Assembly (NCBI GenBank): GCA_964510885.1 | Contig: CAZEDL010000002.1 | Location: forward strand, 707 to 64,706 | Source of the DNA: an uncultured Gammaproteobacteria bacterium | GTDB taxonomy: Bacteria > Patescibacteriota > Patescibacteriia > Magasanikbacterales > GWA2-37-8 | Length of the DNA stretch: 64,000 bases | Direction of reading: 5' to 3' | Part shown: positions 28,893-38,041 of the stretch, piece by piece | Numbering within the stretch: position 1 is the stretch's first letter | How the letters are laid out: each line of letters begins with the position of its first letter | The notes under the pieces: generated by a model | Database searches by the model: none | The model's input: the letters and a program-made list of their open reading frames with translations, nothing else | What the model was told of the DNA's origin: nothing | Position numbers and translations under genes: made by a program

Positions 28893-31274
28893 TTATTTTT
28901 CCCGCACCCGCTTCAGCGACAAACTAATGATCGTCTCTAGTAAATTCCCAAATTTCAGCTTGGTCAATTTGGCTGATTTCGCAAAATCTGACTCTTCATG
29001 CAGAATCGGATTCGGATCTACTTCGAGGACATAGGGGTTGCCATCTTTATCGACCCGGATGCCAACACGGCCATAATCTTGGCAATGGAGAATACGATAG
29101 GCATCGATGGCAATCTCGGTGACTAATTTTTCAAGTTTAGGGCTAATCCGTTTAACCGGATTTTCAATGTTAATGTGGTGATACGGCTTTGGCAGGGTGC
29201 GGCGCGCTTCTTGCGTATAGATGTGCCAATAGCCGGGCGGGAGCTTGGTGAAAACAGAGCGGTACAGCGGCAACACGCGCAAGTCTTCGTTATTGTTGCC
29301 GAGGATCGAGACTTCATATTCATCGCCCTCGATATATTCTTCAACCAAGGCAGTCTGTTTCAAATCAACTACGACGCGTCGGAGCTGTTGTTCGAGTTCA
29401 GCGGCAGTTGTCACCACCGAATCATTGGTAATGCCGAATGAATTATCACTCTGACTTGGTTTTACAATCAGTGGGAATTGCAGCGACTTATCAAGCTCTT
29501 CACCAAAGTGACAGATGTAATCCCATTTGGGAGTCGGCACTTTATGAAATGCCAAAATCTTTTTGGCCATCACTTTATCGCGGCAGAGGGTGAGGGCAAA
29601 TGAACTTGAACCAGTGAACGGCAGGCGGACTGATTCGAATAGTGCCGCTACCTGCGATTTAAGGCGGCGGTTATTGCCGATCTCTTGGGCGGCATTGAAC
29701 ACCAGGTCAATATCGCTTTCGCGGATGTCGTAGAGGGACCGGCTGAGGTTATTAATATCTAAAAAAGTTGTTTTGTACCCAAGTGCTGTCAGCTGTTCTT
29801 GCACACTTTTGGCGGTCATGCGCGAGGAGATGCCGCTGCTATTAATGGCGACATGGCTTTTGGTGCCGGCCACCCCCACATGCAACTGGCGCTGATCGCT
29901 GAGCGACAGCTGGCGGACTTTGGCAAGCTTAGCCGCCTGCAAGATAAAATTCTTTTTTACCACTGCGGCCGAGAACGGATTGTCGCGAGCGGTTTTGCCG
30001 AGCGAGGACTCGTCATCGAATTCTACGATCTTGTAATTAATATGCCGCAAGGCATCTTGCAAGTTATCCTGAGCATCGATAAGGTTGTCACCGGCCACGG
30101 TGAGCCAGCCCAAACGATCATAGCCTTCGGGCGGGCGGAGAATCGCATCGCCAATACCGTAAAAGAAAAAGATTTCTTCAAAATACGACTTGTCTTTGAG
30201 CATCGGCGACACATCAAGTTCGGCCAAGACGCCGGAGGTCGGCACTTGAAAATCCCAGCCGGCCACATAGCGGAACGGTACCTCTGGTTTGTCGATTTTT
30301 ATATATTCGCCAAGCGCAATGTGTACGGCCGCTTCCACCATATCCACGCCCCAGGCGCTTTTGATATATGAGTAGACATAATCGCCGCCCATACGCATAT
30401 TGACTTCGATCGGATAGGCACCGTCGGGGGCGATTTTGGCCTCGAAGTGAATACAGCCGTTTTCAACGCCAGCTTTTTCGAGGGTTTCTTCGGCCATAGC
30501 CACCAGATCGCGCTGCGCTTTTTCTGGCAAGCCCGAGGGCACGGCCTGCCCGGTATCGACGAAAAAGCGATCATGGGTTTTATTAAAATTATCCGCCACG
30601 GAGTGGAATTTGACCTTGCCATTTTGGAGCAGCATGTCGATATCCACCTCATCACCGTCAATAAACTCTTCGATCATCAGTTCGAAATTTTCCCACTCTT
30701 CAGCCAGGCCAAGGTGTTTGATATTATTTCTAATATAACTATAGGTTTCTTCAAGCTCGGCGCGATTGTTGACGCGCAGCACATAGGCACTGCACACGCC
30801 AAAAATTGGTTTCACGACCAATGGATACTTCAGTTTTTTCTCGAGAGCGGGAATATCGCTTTTGCTTTTAAGAAGCAGGTGGCGCGGCGCTTTGATGCCA
30901 TTTTGCGCGCAAAAATCGCGGAATAAATATTTATTCTTCACGCGTTTGGCCACTTCGTATGGAATGCCGATGAACCCAAAGGCATCAACCAGGCTCGAGG
31001 TGAGCATCACGGCTTCATCCCAAAATGTGACCACGCCACCCAGCTTAACATTCTGGTGGTCGCGCATAAAATTGGTGACGGCGGCAATACATTGCTTGGT
31101 GCTAGCGAGGTCTGCCAAAATCCAGTGGTCAACATAGGGCTCGCCCCAGGCTGCTTTGTCTTTGGCGAGACACACCACGCGCAGATTCATTTTTTTGAGG
31201 CGCTGGTAGATAAATTTTTTCCCGGGGCTCATGGAGTGAACCAGCAAGATTGTTTTTTGAGGAATAGTGGGCAT
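28893..31274 (-). CDS. Tandem ATP-grasp protein (L-amino-acid-ligase-like plus Ddl-like domains)
   Basis: YPLVVKP..EEFIDG..IEVNMRMGG; then FTGSS..DKVMAK..FPLIVKP..LEVDPNP. Confidence 0.85.
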   Translation of the reverse strand: MPTIPQKTILLVHSMSPGKKFIYQRLKKMNLRVVCLAKDKAAWGEPYVDHWILADLASTKQCIAAVTNFMRDHQNVKLGGVVTFWDEAVMLTSSLVDAFGFIGIPYEVAKRVKNKYLFRDFCAQNGIKAPRHLLLKSKSDIPALEKKLKYPLVVKPIFGVCSAYVLRVNNRAELEETYSYIRNNIKHLGLAEEWENFELMIEEFIDGDEVDIDMLLQNGKVKFHSVADNFNKTHDRFFVDTGQAVPSGLPEKAQRDLVAMAEETLEKAGVENGCIHFEAKIAPDGAYPIEVNMRMGGDYVYSYIKSAWGVDMVEAAVHIALGEYIKIDKPEVPFRYVAGWDFQVPTSGVLAELDVSPMLKDKSYFEEIFFFYGIGDAILRPPEGYDRLGWLTVAGDNLIDAQDNLQDALRHINYKIVEFDDESSLGKTARDNPFSAAVVKKNFILQAAKLAKVRQLSLSDQRQLHVGVAGTKSHVAINSSGISSRMTAKSVQEQLTALGYKTTFLDINNLSRSLYDIRESDIDLVFNAAQEIGNNRRLKSQVAALFESVRLPFTGSSSFALTLCRDKVMAKKILAFHKVPTPKWDYICHFGEELDKSLQFPLIVKPSQSDNSFGITNDSVVTTAAELEQQLRRVVVDLKQTALVEEYIEGDEYEVSILGNNNEDLRVLPLYRSVFTKLPPGYWHIYTQEARRTLPKPYHHINIENPVKRISPKLEKLVTEIAIDAYRILHCQDYGRVGIRVDKDGNPYVLEVDPNPILHEESDFAKSAKLTKLKFGNLLETIISLSLKRVREK

Positions 31275-31280
31275 AAAATT

Positions 31281-31419
31281 AAAAAACCCAAAAACTAAAT
31301 TATTTTTGGGCAATAGGTAAGCTAACCTCCTTCATATATGCTAAAAAATGTATTGAACGGTTGAAGGAGAGCATAAAAATATTCGTTTGTACTGTAGACT
31401 GCCTGAATGGTAGTGTCAA
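31281..31419 (-). promoter_or_regulatory. Putative leader-peptide attenuator of the ATP-grasp gene
   Basis: TTGACA-17-TACAGT; ORF 31374-31300 (24 aa) whose stop lies in the loop of a CCCAAAAA/TTTTTGGG hairpin plus T tract. Confidence 0.5.
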
Positions 31420-31583
31420 GGTAAAAAAATAATCTTAGTGAACGATAATATTCTGTGCTATTTTAGTAATAAAAAATCCTGCTGTTTAGCAGGATTTTTT
31501 ATTAGTATCTCCCGAAGAGTACCACTGTCTCCAACGTTGTTAGAGAAACTGGTACGGAGCTCTTCGGGAGCGCCGGTGGCCTA

Positions 31584-32156
31584 TCAGGCCTTCCTTTTTG
31601 GCGCTTGCCTCGACATGGCTTGGGCATCTTTGCCCTTGCCATAGCCGATGTAGGCGCCGATCGCCAGCGCAGCCATGAAAGGCCACGAGACGACCGGAAA
31701 TTTGAGGATGCTGCCGGAAGCAATTCCGAGCAGCAGTGAAGCGACCATCATGGCCGCGATCCCAAACGCTGCCCCGATCACAACGCCCAAACAGACACCA
31801 AGCCCGGGGGCAAGATCCACATCCGGCTTTGACAGCTGGGGTGGCGGGCGGCGAACTGGATAATTGTTATGGTCAAGTTCGACCATCTGCCCATCCGGAC
31901 CCATAACGGTCCGGACGTGGCCGTGGCCGTGCGCGCCGTGGTGATCACCACCGTGTGGATCATGGTGACCATGGTGGTCGTGGCCGTCACTGTGACCGTT
32001 GTCGGTATGGGCCGGGTGGCCGTGATGGGGGGCCTCCTGACCGTGATCGTGATGATCGTGGTCATGGTGGCCGGCAGGGCCACCATGATGATCGTCATGA
32101 CCATCGTGCTCGTGATCACCATCAAAATCATCATCGTCATCGCTGTCGTCGCTCAT
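31584..32156 (-). CDS. GC-rich His/Asp-rich membrane protein (cassette 5)
   Basis: Poly-His/Asp N-terminus; two C-terminal hydrophobic segments; AAGGAGG SD. Confidence 0.8.
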   Translation of the reverse strand: MSDDSDDDDDFDGDHEHDGHDDHHGGPAGHHDHDHHDHGQEAPHHGHPAHTDNGHSDGHDHHGHHDPHGGDHHGAHGHGHVRTVMGPDGQMVELDHNNYPVRRPPPQLSKPDVDLAPGLGVCLGVVIGAAFGIAAMMVASLLLGIASGSILKFPVVSWPFMAALAIGAYIGYGKGKDAQAMSRQAPKRKA

Positions 32157-32221
32157 GTATACCTCCTTGCCAATCATCGGGTTCGCTGAGGACAGGCAAA
32201 AAGATAGTTATTAAACAGAGT

Positions 32222-32265
32222 AGTATAGCACAAAAACAGGGTTTTGTCAAGGTCTTTTGGCTTTA
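32222..32265 (-). promoter_or_regulatory. Cassette 5 promoter
   Basis: AAAGCCAAAAGACC-TTGACA-17-TATACT, closely similar to the cassette 1 promoter. Confidence 0.75.
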
Positions 32266-32295
32266 TTTTGTTTTATTTTAGCCAAATTTTATACG

Positions 32296-32423
32296 AAAAC
32301 ACCCTCGATTATAATCGAGGGTGCTAGCCAAGCCGCGAACCACAGGGTTCACGGCACACGAACGAGCCCGACGGGCAAACCATCCTTGGTGCCGCCGATT
32401 CGCAGGTTGCCACCCCCGTCGAA
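32296..32423 (-). pseudogene. Orphan GC-rich 3' gene remnant with trailer hairpin and terminator
   Basis: FDGGGNLRIGGTKDGLPVGLVRVP* (32423-32349); no promoter or SD; abuts the ileS terminator. Confidence 0.45.
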
Positions 32424-32467
32424 ACGAAAAAACCGTCCGGGCTGGACGGTTTTAATCATTAAATTAG

Positions 32468-35400
32468 CTATATTTTTTTAATGCCTATACGTAGTTCTGT
32501 ATCATCAATTTTTAATATTACTCCTTCGGCCTGGTTATCTGATTCAATTACATCTGCCAGCGTCGCTTGCTTTATTTCAGCGGCTTTAGAGCTGATTAAT
32601 TGCTGCAGCGGCTCGGCAGCAGTTGCGCAGGCAATTATAATCCGATCGTTTACCGTTAGCCCTTTATCCTTGCGTAACTGATTAATGGCCCGAATAATAT
32701 CGCGCATTACGCCTTCTTGTTTTAATTCTTCATCTATTGCGGTATTCAACCAAGCTTTGAGATCGGCAGTTTCTTTGCCAGCGTACTGATCCCCTTCCAC
32801 CGCTTCGGCAAACGACACGGTTTTGACATTGAGTTCATCGGCAATGATACCAAGCAGCTCATGATTTTGGTGGATATTGTTCGCCACAAAAGCTGCTTCT
32901 TTACTAGCGCAGAATACAAATTCGCGGAGCGGCTGGCGGACTTTTAATTTATGTTCGGCACGCAGCGACAGCCCAAGTTCCACCAAATTGCGTACCATGA
33001 TCATGGTATCGAGAATTGAGCTGTCGTGCTGATTGGTACTGACAGTTGGCCACTCGGCCAGGTGAACACTAGCGGGCTCAGCGTTCGGATCGGTTATATT
33101 TAGCAAGGCGCCATAAATTTTTTCGGCAATGAAGGGAGTAAATGGAGCCATGACTTTTGACAATAGCGGCAAGACATAGGCGAGCGTGCCGAGTGCATAC
33201 TGGCGATCTTTAGTATCATCGCCTTTCACCCGGTCGCGGCTGCGGCGCACATACCACTGCGATAATTCGGTGATAAACTCTTCAATTGGGCGAGCGGCGG
33301 CGGCCAGCTCGTAGGCATTGAGTGCAGCAGTGACCGCGGCCACAAGCGCGTGCGCCTTGGCGACTACCCAGCGGTCGAGGGGGTGGGGCGAGGTGTGGGT
33401 GGGCTGGTGCGGGGTGGCGCTAGCAAATAATTCATAGAATTCATACACGTTCCAGAGGGTGTTGACCACTTTGCCAAAACTTTCTTTCACCCCGGCTTCG
33501 GAGAAATTGAGGCTTTCGGCATGCATCACAGGCGATGACACCAAATAATAACGCATGGCGTCGGCCCCATATTTCTCGATGAGCTGATTCGGATCAGGGT
33601 AGTTCTGTAACTTCTTACTCATTTTTTTGCCGTCTTCGGCCAGCACGATGCCATTTACCACCACGTTTTTGAAGGCGGTTTTGTCGAACAGGGCAGTGGC
33701 GAGGATGTGCAAATAATAGAACCAGGCGCGGGTTTGATCTTGGCCTTCGCCAATAAATTCAGCCGGGAAACTGGCTTCAAATGCGGCTTTATTTTCGAAT
33801 GGATAATGCACCTGCGCATACGGCATGGAGCCGGAATCAAACCAGGTATCAAGCACATCTGGCACACGGCGCATAGTGCCGCCGCAGTGTTCGCAGGGGA
33901 AAGCAATCGTGTCCACGATGTGTTTGTGCAAGTCGTCGATCTTTTTTCCTGAGGCTTTTTCAAGCTCGGCTGCCGATCCAAATACCTTGGTTGAATTACA
34001 AGATTTAGAATTTCCACTAGCTTGCTCTGTGCTGTCACACACCCAAATCGGCATCACACTCGCCCAGAAACGTTGGCGGGAAATGGACCAGTCGCGGGCA
34101 CCTTCGAGCCACTTGCCGAAGCGGCCTTCTTTGATATGCTCTGGCGACCAGTTAATGTCTTTGGCCAATTCTAGGGCTTTATCTTTTACTTTTGTTACTG
34201 CGACAAACCAGGACGAGGTGGCGTAGTTGAGGAGCGGAGTATCACAGCGCCAGCAGTGCGGATAGGTATGGACGATATTCTTTTTGGCAAAAAACAGGCC
34301 TTTGTCTTGGAGGTATTTGGTGACGGCAATGTCGGCCGATAGGCGGACTTTGTCATCATCGGAGCGGGGCTTCACTTCTTGACCGGCGAAATCAATCACT
34401 TCGGGCTTAAAACGGCCATCGGGGCTGACGTGCTGCACGAGCGGGATCTGTTCGCGCTTGCCAACCTTGAAGTCGTCGTCACCAAACGCTGGAGCGATAT
34501 GGACGATGCCGGTGCCGTCTTCGGTAGTTACGAAATCAGCAGCTACGACACGGAAGGCTTTTGGCGTGTCTTTGTAATAAGGAAAGAGGGGTTCGTAGGT
34601 AAGACCAACGAGCTCAGGGCCAGAGATTTCTTTGAGTATGGAATATTCTTTATCACCAACAACTTCTGTTAATCTCTCTTTGGCAACAATGTAAGTTCCT
34701 GATTCCCCAGAAATAGTGAATAGTGCGTAGCTAATTTTTTCACCCACGGCCAGCGCTACATTTCCGGGCAATGTCCAGGGTGTTGTGGTCCACGCTACTA
34801 TGTGGACCGGGCTCTCTACCCCAAATAACTCCTTGATTCGTAATTCGTCATTCGTAATTCGAAATTTTACAAACAGCGAAATATCTTTCACCTCTTTATA
34901 CCCCTCGCTGACTTCTTGCTGCGACAGGGTGGTTTCGCAACGTGGGCAGATATGCATGGAGCGATAATCTTGATAGATAAGATCTTTGTCCCACAGCTGC
35001 TTGAACACCCACCAGACAGATTCCATATACTCTTTATCCATGGTGCGGTAGGCATGATCCATGTCGACGAAGCGGCCGAGGCGGGTAATGGTGGTTTTCC
35101 AGTCGGCCACATAGCCGAGCACTTTGCTGCGGCAGAGCTCGTTGAATTTAGCAACGCCGAGAGCTTCGATATCTTGCTTGCTTTTGGTGCCGAGCTCTTT
35201 TTCCACGATGTTTTCGATCGGGAGGCCGTGGCAATCCCAGCCCCAGCGGCGCTCTACCCGGTAGCCCTGCATGGTGAAGTAACGCGGCACCACATCTTTA
35301 ATCAGACTGGCGACAATGTGGCCATAGTGCGGCAGGCCGGTGGCAAAGGGCGGGCCGTCGTAGAATACGTAGGGTTTGTCCGCGGGGCGAGTAGAGACGG

Positions 35401-35473
35401 ATTTTTCGAAAGTGCTGTCTTTGGCCCAGAATTCTAGGATTTTTTGTTCTTCTTGGTTGGCGTTATAGAGCAT
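32468..35473 (-). CDS. ileS: Isoleucyl-tRNA synthetase (type 2)
   Basis: DGPPFATGLPHYGH, GWDCHGLP, WTTTPWTL, GQDQTRAWFY, KMSKK. Confidence 0.97.
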   Translation of the reverse strand: MLYNANQEEQKILEFWAKDSTFEKSVSTRPADKPYVFYDGPPFATGLPHYGHIVASLIKDVVPRYFTMQGYRVERRWGWDCHGLPIENIVEKELGTKSKQDIEALGVAKFNELCRSKVLGYVADWKTTITRLGRFVDMDHAYRTMDKEYMESVWWVFKQLWDKDLIYQDYRSMHICPRCETTLSQQEVSEGYKEVKDISLFVKFRITNDELRIKELFGVESPVHIVAWTTTPWTLPGNVALAVGEKISYALFTISGESGTYIVAKERLTEVVGDKEYSILKEISGPELVGLTYEPLFPYYKDTPKAFRVVAADFVTTEDGTGIVHIAPAFGDDDFKVGKREQIPLVQHVSPDGRFKPEVIDFAGQEVKPRSDDDKVRLSADIAVTKYLQDKGLFFAKKNIVHTYPHCWRCDTPLLNYATSSWFVAVTKVKDKALELAKDINWSPEHIKEGRFGKWLEGARDWSISRQRFWASVMPIWVCDSTEQASGNSKSCNSTKVFGSAAELEKASGKKIDDLHKHIVDTIAFPCEHCGGTMRRVPDVLDTWFDSGSMPYAQVHYPFENKAAFEASFPAEFIGEGQDQTRAWFYYLHILATALFDKTAFKNVVVNGIVLAEDGKKMSKKLQNYPDPNQLIEKYGADAMRYYLVSSPVMHAESLNFSEAGVKESFGKVVNTLWNVYEFYELFASATPHQPTHTSPHPLDRWVVAKAHALVAAVTAALNAYELAAAARPIEEFITELSQWYVRRSRDRVKGDDTKDRQYALGTLAYVLPLLSKVMAPFTPFIAEKIYGALLNITDPNAEPASVHLAEWPTVSTNQHDSSILDTMIMVRNLVELGLSLRAEHKLKVRQPLREFVFCASKEAAFVANNIHQNHELLGIIADELNVKTVSFAEAVEGDQYAGKETADLKAWLNTAIDEELKQEGVMRDIIRAINQLRKDKGLTVNDRIIIACATAAEPLQQLISSKAAEIKQATLADVIESDNQAEGVILKIDDTELRIGIKKI

Positions 35474-35482
35474 ACGCTGTTC

Positions 35483-35767
35483 TTAATTTAATATTTTTTT
35501 CTGTGTTAAAAAAGAATCAAGAGCGGCCAGCAATGGTCTTTTTCGATCGTCTGGTAAATTGCCCATCCGATCCATTATATAGTCTGCCCAGCGTTCTTCT
35601 TCGATAGGGGTCAATTTTCTCTCAAGTAACAGTTCGAAATTTGCTCGTCTTTCCTCTGGCATATACTCCGAAAAAGCATGGCGCATGGCGCCAACCACTT
35701 CGGGTGAAAGCAGGCTGATAGCTAATCGTCGCATTGCCCTCTGTTCATATCCGACGATTTCTGGCAT
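35483..35767 (-). CDS. Hypothetical protein between the T-box and ileS
   Basis: 94 aa; T-ATG start; 9 bp gap to ileS. Confidence 0.65.
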   Translation of the reverse strand: MPEIVGYEQRAMRRLAISLLSPEVVGAMRHAFSEYMPEERRANFELLLERKLTPIEEERWADYIMDRMGNLPDDRKRPLLAALDSFLTQKKILN

Positions 35768-35804
35768 ACCATTTTAATACCCTTGTTTTCCATAAAAAAA
35801 ATTT

Positions 35805-35981
35805 AAAAAACACCTAAAAAGGTGTCGAGATCCTGATTTGGTCAGGAGGTACCATCTCGGCGTTGTGCTTAATTACTGCTATGACGGGCATACCCGGAAG
35901 AATCTACTAATTCGATCAGGTCGAAGGTTCTATCTTCGGCTTTCAACGGCCGGTTGAGTCCTGGTGATAGCAGGAATTGCC
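35805..35981 (-). promoter_or_regulatory. Ile T-box riboswitch with ultrashort stem I
   Basis: CCUG-CUAUCAC-CAGG (AUC specifier 35968-35966); stem II GAAC/AGUA; CGGG..CCCGUCA IIA/B; GAGA-UGGUACC-UCCUG/CAGGA-UCUC. Confidence 0.85.
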
Positions 35982-36099
35982 TAGACAAAAAGTAACATAT
36001 TTATAAGAAGATATCAAATTTTACAAAGAGACCCCCAGCCGAAGTGGCCGGGGGATTTGGCGTAGCAACTGACCTTGCTGTGGAGCATGGGTAGTTGCA

Positions 36100-36615
36100 C
36101 TAGAAGAAGTTGTGGTCGGAGATCGCCTCGATCCATTCTGCCAGGCACTGCTCGCGCCTGCGGGCGGCCGACTCGTCGTCGCCCGCCCACCCTACTTCTG
36201 GGGGGAAACCGGCCAAATTGGCACGGTTTATAGGCGTTCCGTCCGGATACGTCAGGTAGGGGCCGTCGAGCACCTCGAGGATAGTGCCCGGGCTTGATGG
36301 TGCCACCAACGAATGGTAAGGCTCTGGATCATCCGCTCGTATTAAGAGCGTTTCGCCGGCTTTTAATCGCCGGATGGAGGTGACATCGCCTTCTTGATCG
36401 AAAAATAACAGAAACAGCTCACCGTTTATCACGGTGTAGGACTGTTTCATGCCACGCCAGTAATGTGGTGACGAGTATGACCCTGGCGCGATAGCGTTGA
36501 TCAGGCTTTGTGCCGGATCGCTTGGCACCGACAAGACGATGCAAGAGCGGCGTCGCGGATGTTTACTTGCATCTGCTTCCAAGCGGAGAATCATGGAACT
36601 ATCGATTTTCAGCAT
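36100..36615 (-). CDS. GC-rich WbuC-like cupin metalloprotein (cassette 6)
   Basis: PRRR, LINAIAPGSYSSPH, YHSLV, ILEVLDGPY; AGGAG SD. Confidence 0.75.
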   Translation of the reverse strand: MLKIDSSMILRLEADASKHPRRRSCIVLSVPSDPAQSLINAIAPGSYSSPHYWRGMKQSYTVINGELFLLFFDQEGDVTSIRRLKAGETLLIRADDPEPYHSLVAPSSPGTILEVLDGPYLTYPDGTPINRANLAGFPPEVGWAGDDESAARRREQCLAEWIEAISDHNFF

Positions 36616-36819
36616 GGCAACTCCTATTCTTACACCCAGGACAGCCGGGATTGAACCCGAACTGTCAATCAACCCTTTTGGGGGCGGGCGCCTTGCCAGG
36701 AACATCAAGAATCGCTACGAGCTGAGACAATTTACGAAAAATTTACCAGTATTAATACCCTATTTTTGACGAATAAAACCAGAAAATTTATACTACTATT
36801 TTCAATCTGCAATAAATAT

Positions 36820-37518
36820 ATGTTACCAACTATTCCAGGGTATTTATCACTTATATTGTTAGCGGTCAGCCTGGCTCTGTGGTCGGTGTATGCTTATATT
36901 TTAAACAGCTTTACTACAAAAAAAGGGCTGTGGAAACTGGGTTTCATCACCTTGTGGCTCGTTATACATTCTCTGCTAGCTTACTATGCATTTTATCAAA
37001 ACGTTTCCGTGTTGCCGCCACGTCTTTTTGTCTATGTTATTTTGCCTGAAATAGCCGGCATTGTTTGGCTATTTATGCATACTGCCAGCAAAAAATTTTT
37101 AGACAACTTAAATCTAACAATGCTCACCGCTGTCCATGGGTTGCGGGCTGGTATCGAAGTAACGTTGGTAGGAATTGCAGCGCATGGCGCCACCCCCCGA
37201 TTACTCACTTTTGAAGGGCGTAATTTTGACCTGCTTATTGGCATCAGCGCCATCGGCATGGCGGTGGTGGCCAGCAGAAAGAAATGGCCAGGGTTCCAGA
37301 TGGCCTGGCATGCCCTAGGTATACTTTCCCTAACTAATATATTTTTCCACTCTTTGCTGGCGGCGCCTTTCCCATTTCAACGTCTTGCTTTTGAGCAGCC
37401 CAATATTTTTATCTTTTACTTCCCATTTATTTTAATTCCGGCGTTTATTTTTCCATCCATGTTTGTGGCACATGTGGCGGCGCTGTCACAATTAAAAATG
37501 GTGCGGTTAAAAAAATAG
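36820..37518 (+). CDS. Integral membrane protein
   Basis: Multiple TM helices; TFEGRNFD; promoter TTGACG-17-TATACT at 36766. Confidence 0.8.
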   Translation: MLPTIPGYLSLILLAVSLALWSVYAYILNSFTTKKGLWKLGFITLWLVIHSLLAYYAFYQNVSVLPPRLFVYVILPEIAGIVWLFMHTASKKFLDNLNLTMLTAVHGLRAGIEVTLVGIAAHGATPRLLTFEGRNFDLLIGISAIGMAVVASRKKWPGFQMAWHALGILSLTNIFFHSLLAAPFPFQRLAFEQPNIFIFYFPFILIPAFIFPSMFVAHVAALSQLKMVRLKK

Positions 37519-37595
37519 GGGGTCATTTAATTTGCCAAACAATCTGCTTTTGTCTATACTAACTACGTAAAAATTCCTTATTTTAGAGGCAAAAT

Positions 37596-38039
37596 ATGAT
37601 TTTTATCGCTTCTGACCATCGCGGCTACCAGCTCAAAAAGTACCTGTTACGTTACCTCGATAAACAGCTCAAATTATCGGCTGAAGATTTGGGTCCCTAT
37701 GAATATGTGGCGACCGACGATCTACAAGATTATGCTATTCCCCTCGCCAAAAAAGTAGCTGAAAGTCCTGAAAATAAAGGAATTTTAATGTGTGGCAGCG
37801 GACAAGGAATGTGTATTACCGCTAATAAAATACACAAAATTCATGCTGTTTTAGGGTACAGCATTGAGGCAGCTGAAATGAGCCGTCGCCATGGGAACGC
37901 CAATATCGTTTGTCTCGCAGCGGATGTAGTGAGCGAAGAACATGCGGCAGCGATTGTGAAGAAATTTTTGGAAACCGAGTTTGATAATGAGGAACGGCTG
38001 ATCCGCCGGCTCCAAAAAATCGATGCTATAACAAATTAA
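37596..38039 (+). CDS. rpiB: Ribose-5-phosphate isomerase B family
   Basis: ASDHRG, GILMCGSGQGM, ANK, RRHGNAN. Confidence 0.92.
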   Translation: MIFIASDHRGYQLKKYLLRYLDKQLKLSAEDLGPYEYVATDDLQDYAIPLAKKVAESPENKGILMCGSGQGMCITANKIHKIHAVLGYSIEAAEMSRRHGNANIVCLAADVVSEEHAAAIVKKFLETEFDNEERLIRRLQKIDAITN

Positions 38040-38041
38040 GT

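Noticed and set aside
32330-32425. 6S RNA or other ncRNA
   Set aside because: Too short and lacks the long closing stem; a gene-tail reading fits better, though ncRNA is not fully excluded
36636-36705. tRNA-like fragment (GGGTTCAATCCC) in the cassette 6 leader
   Set aside because: No canonical 5-bp T stem with 7-nt loop and no acceptor stem; treated as a leader hairpin
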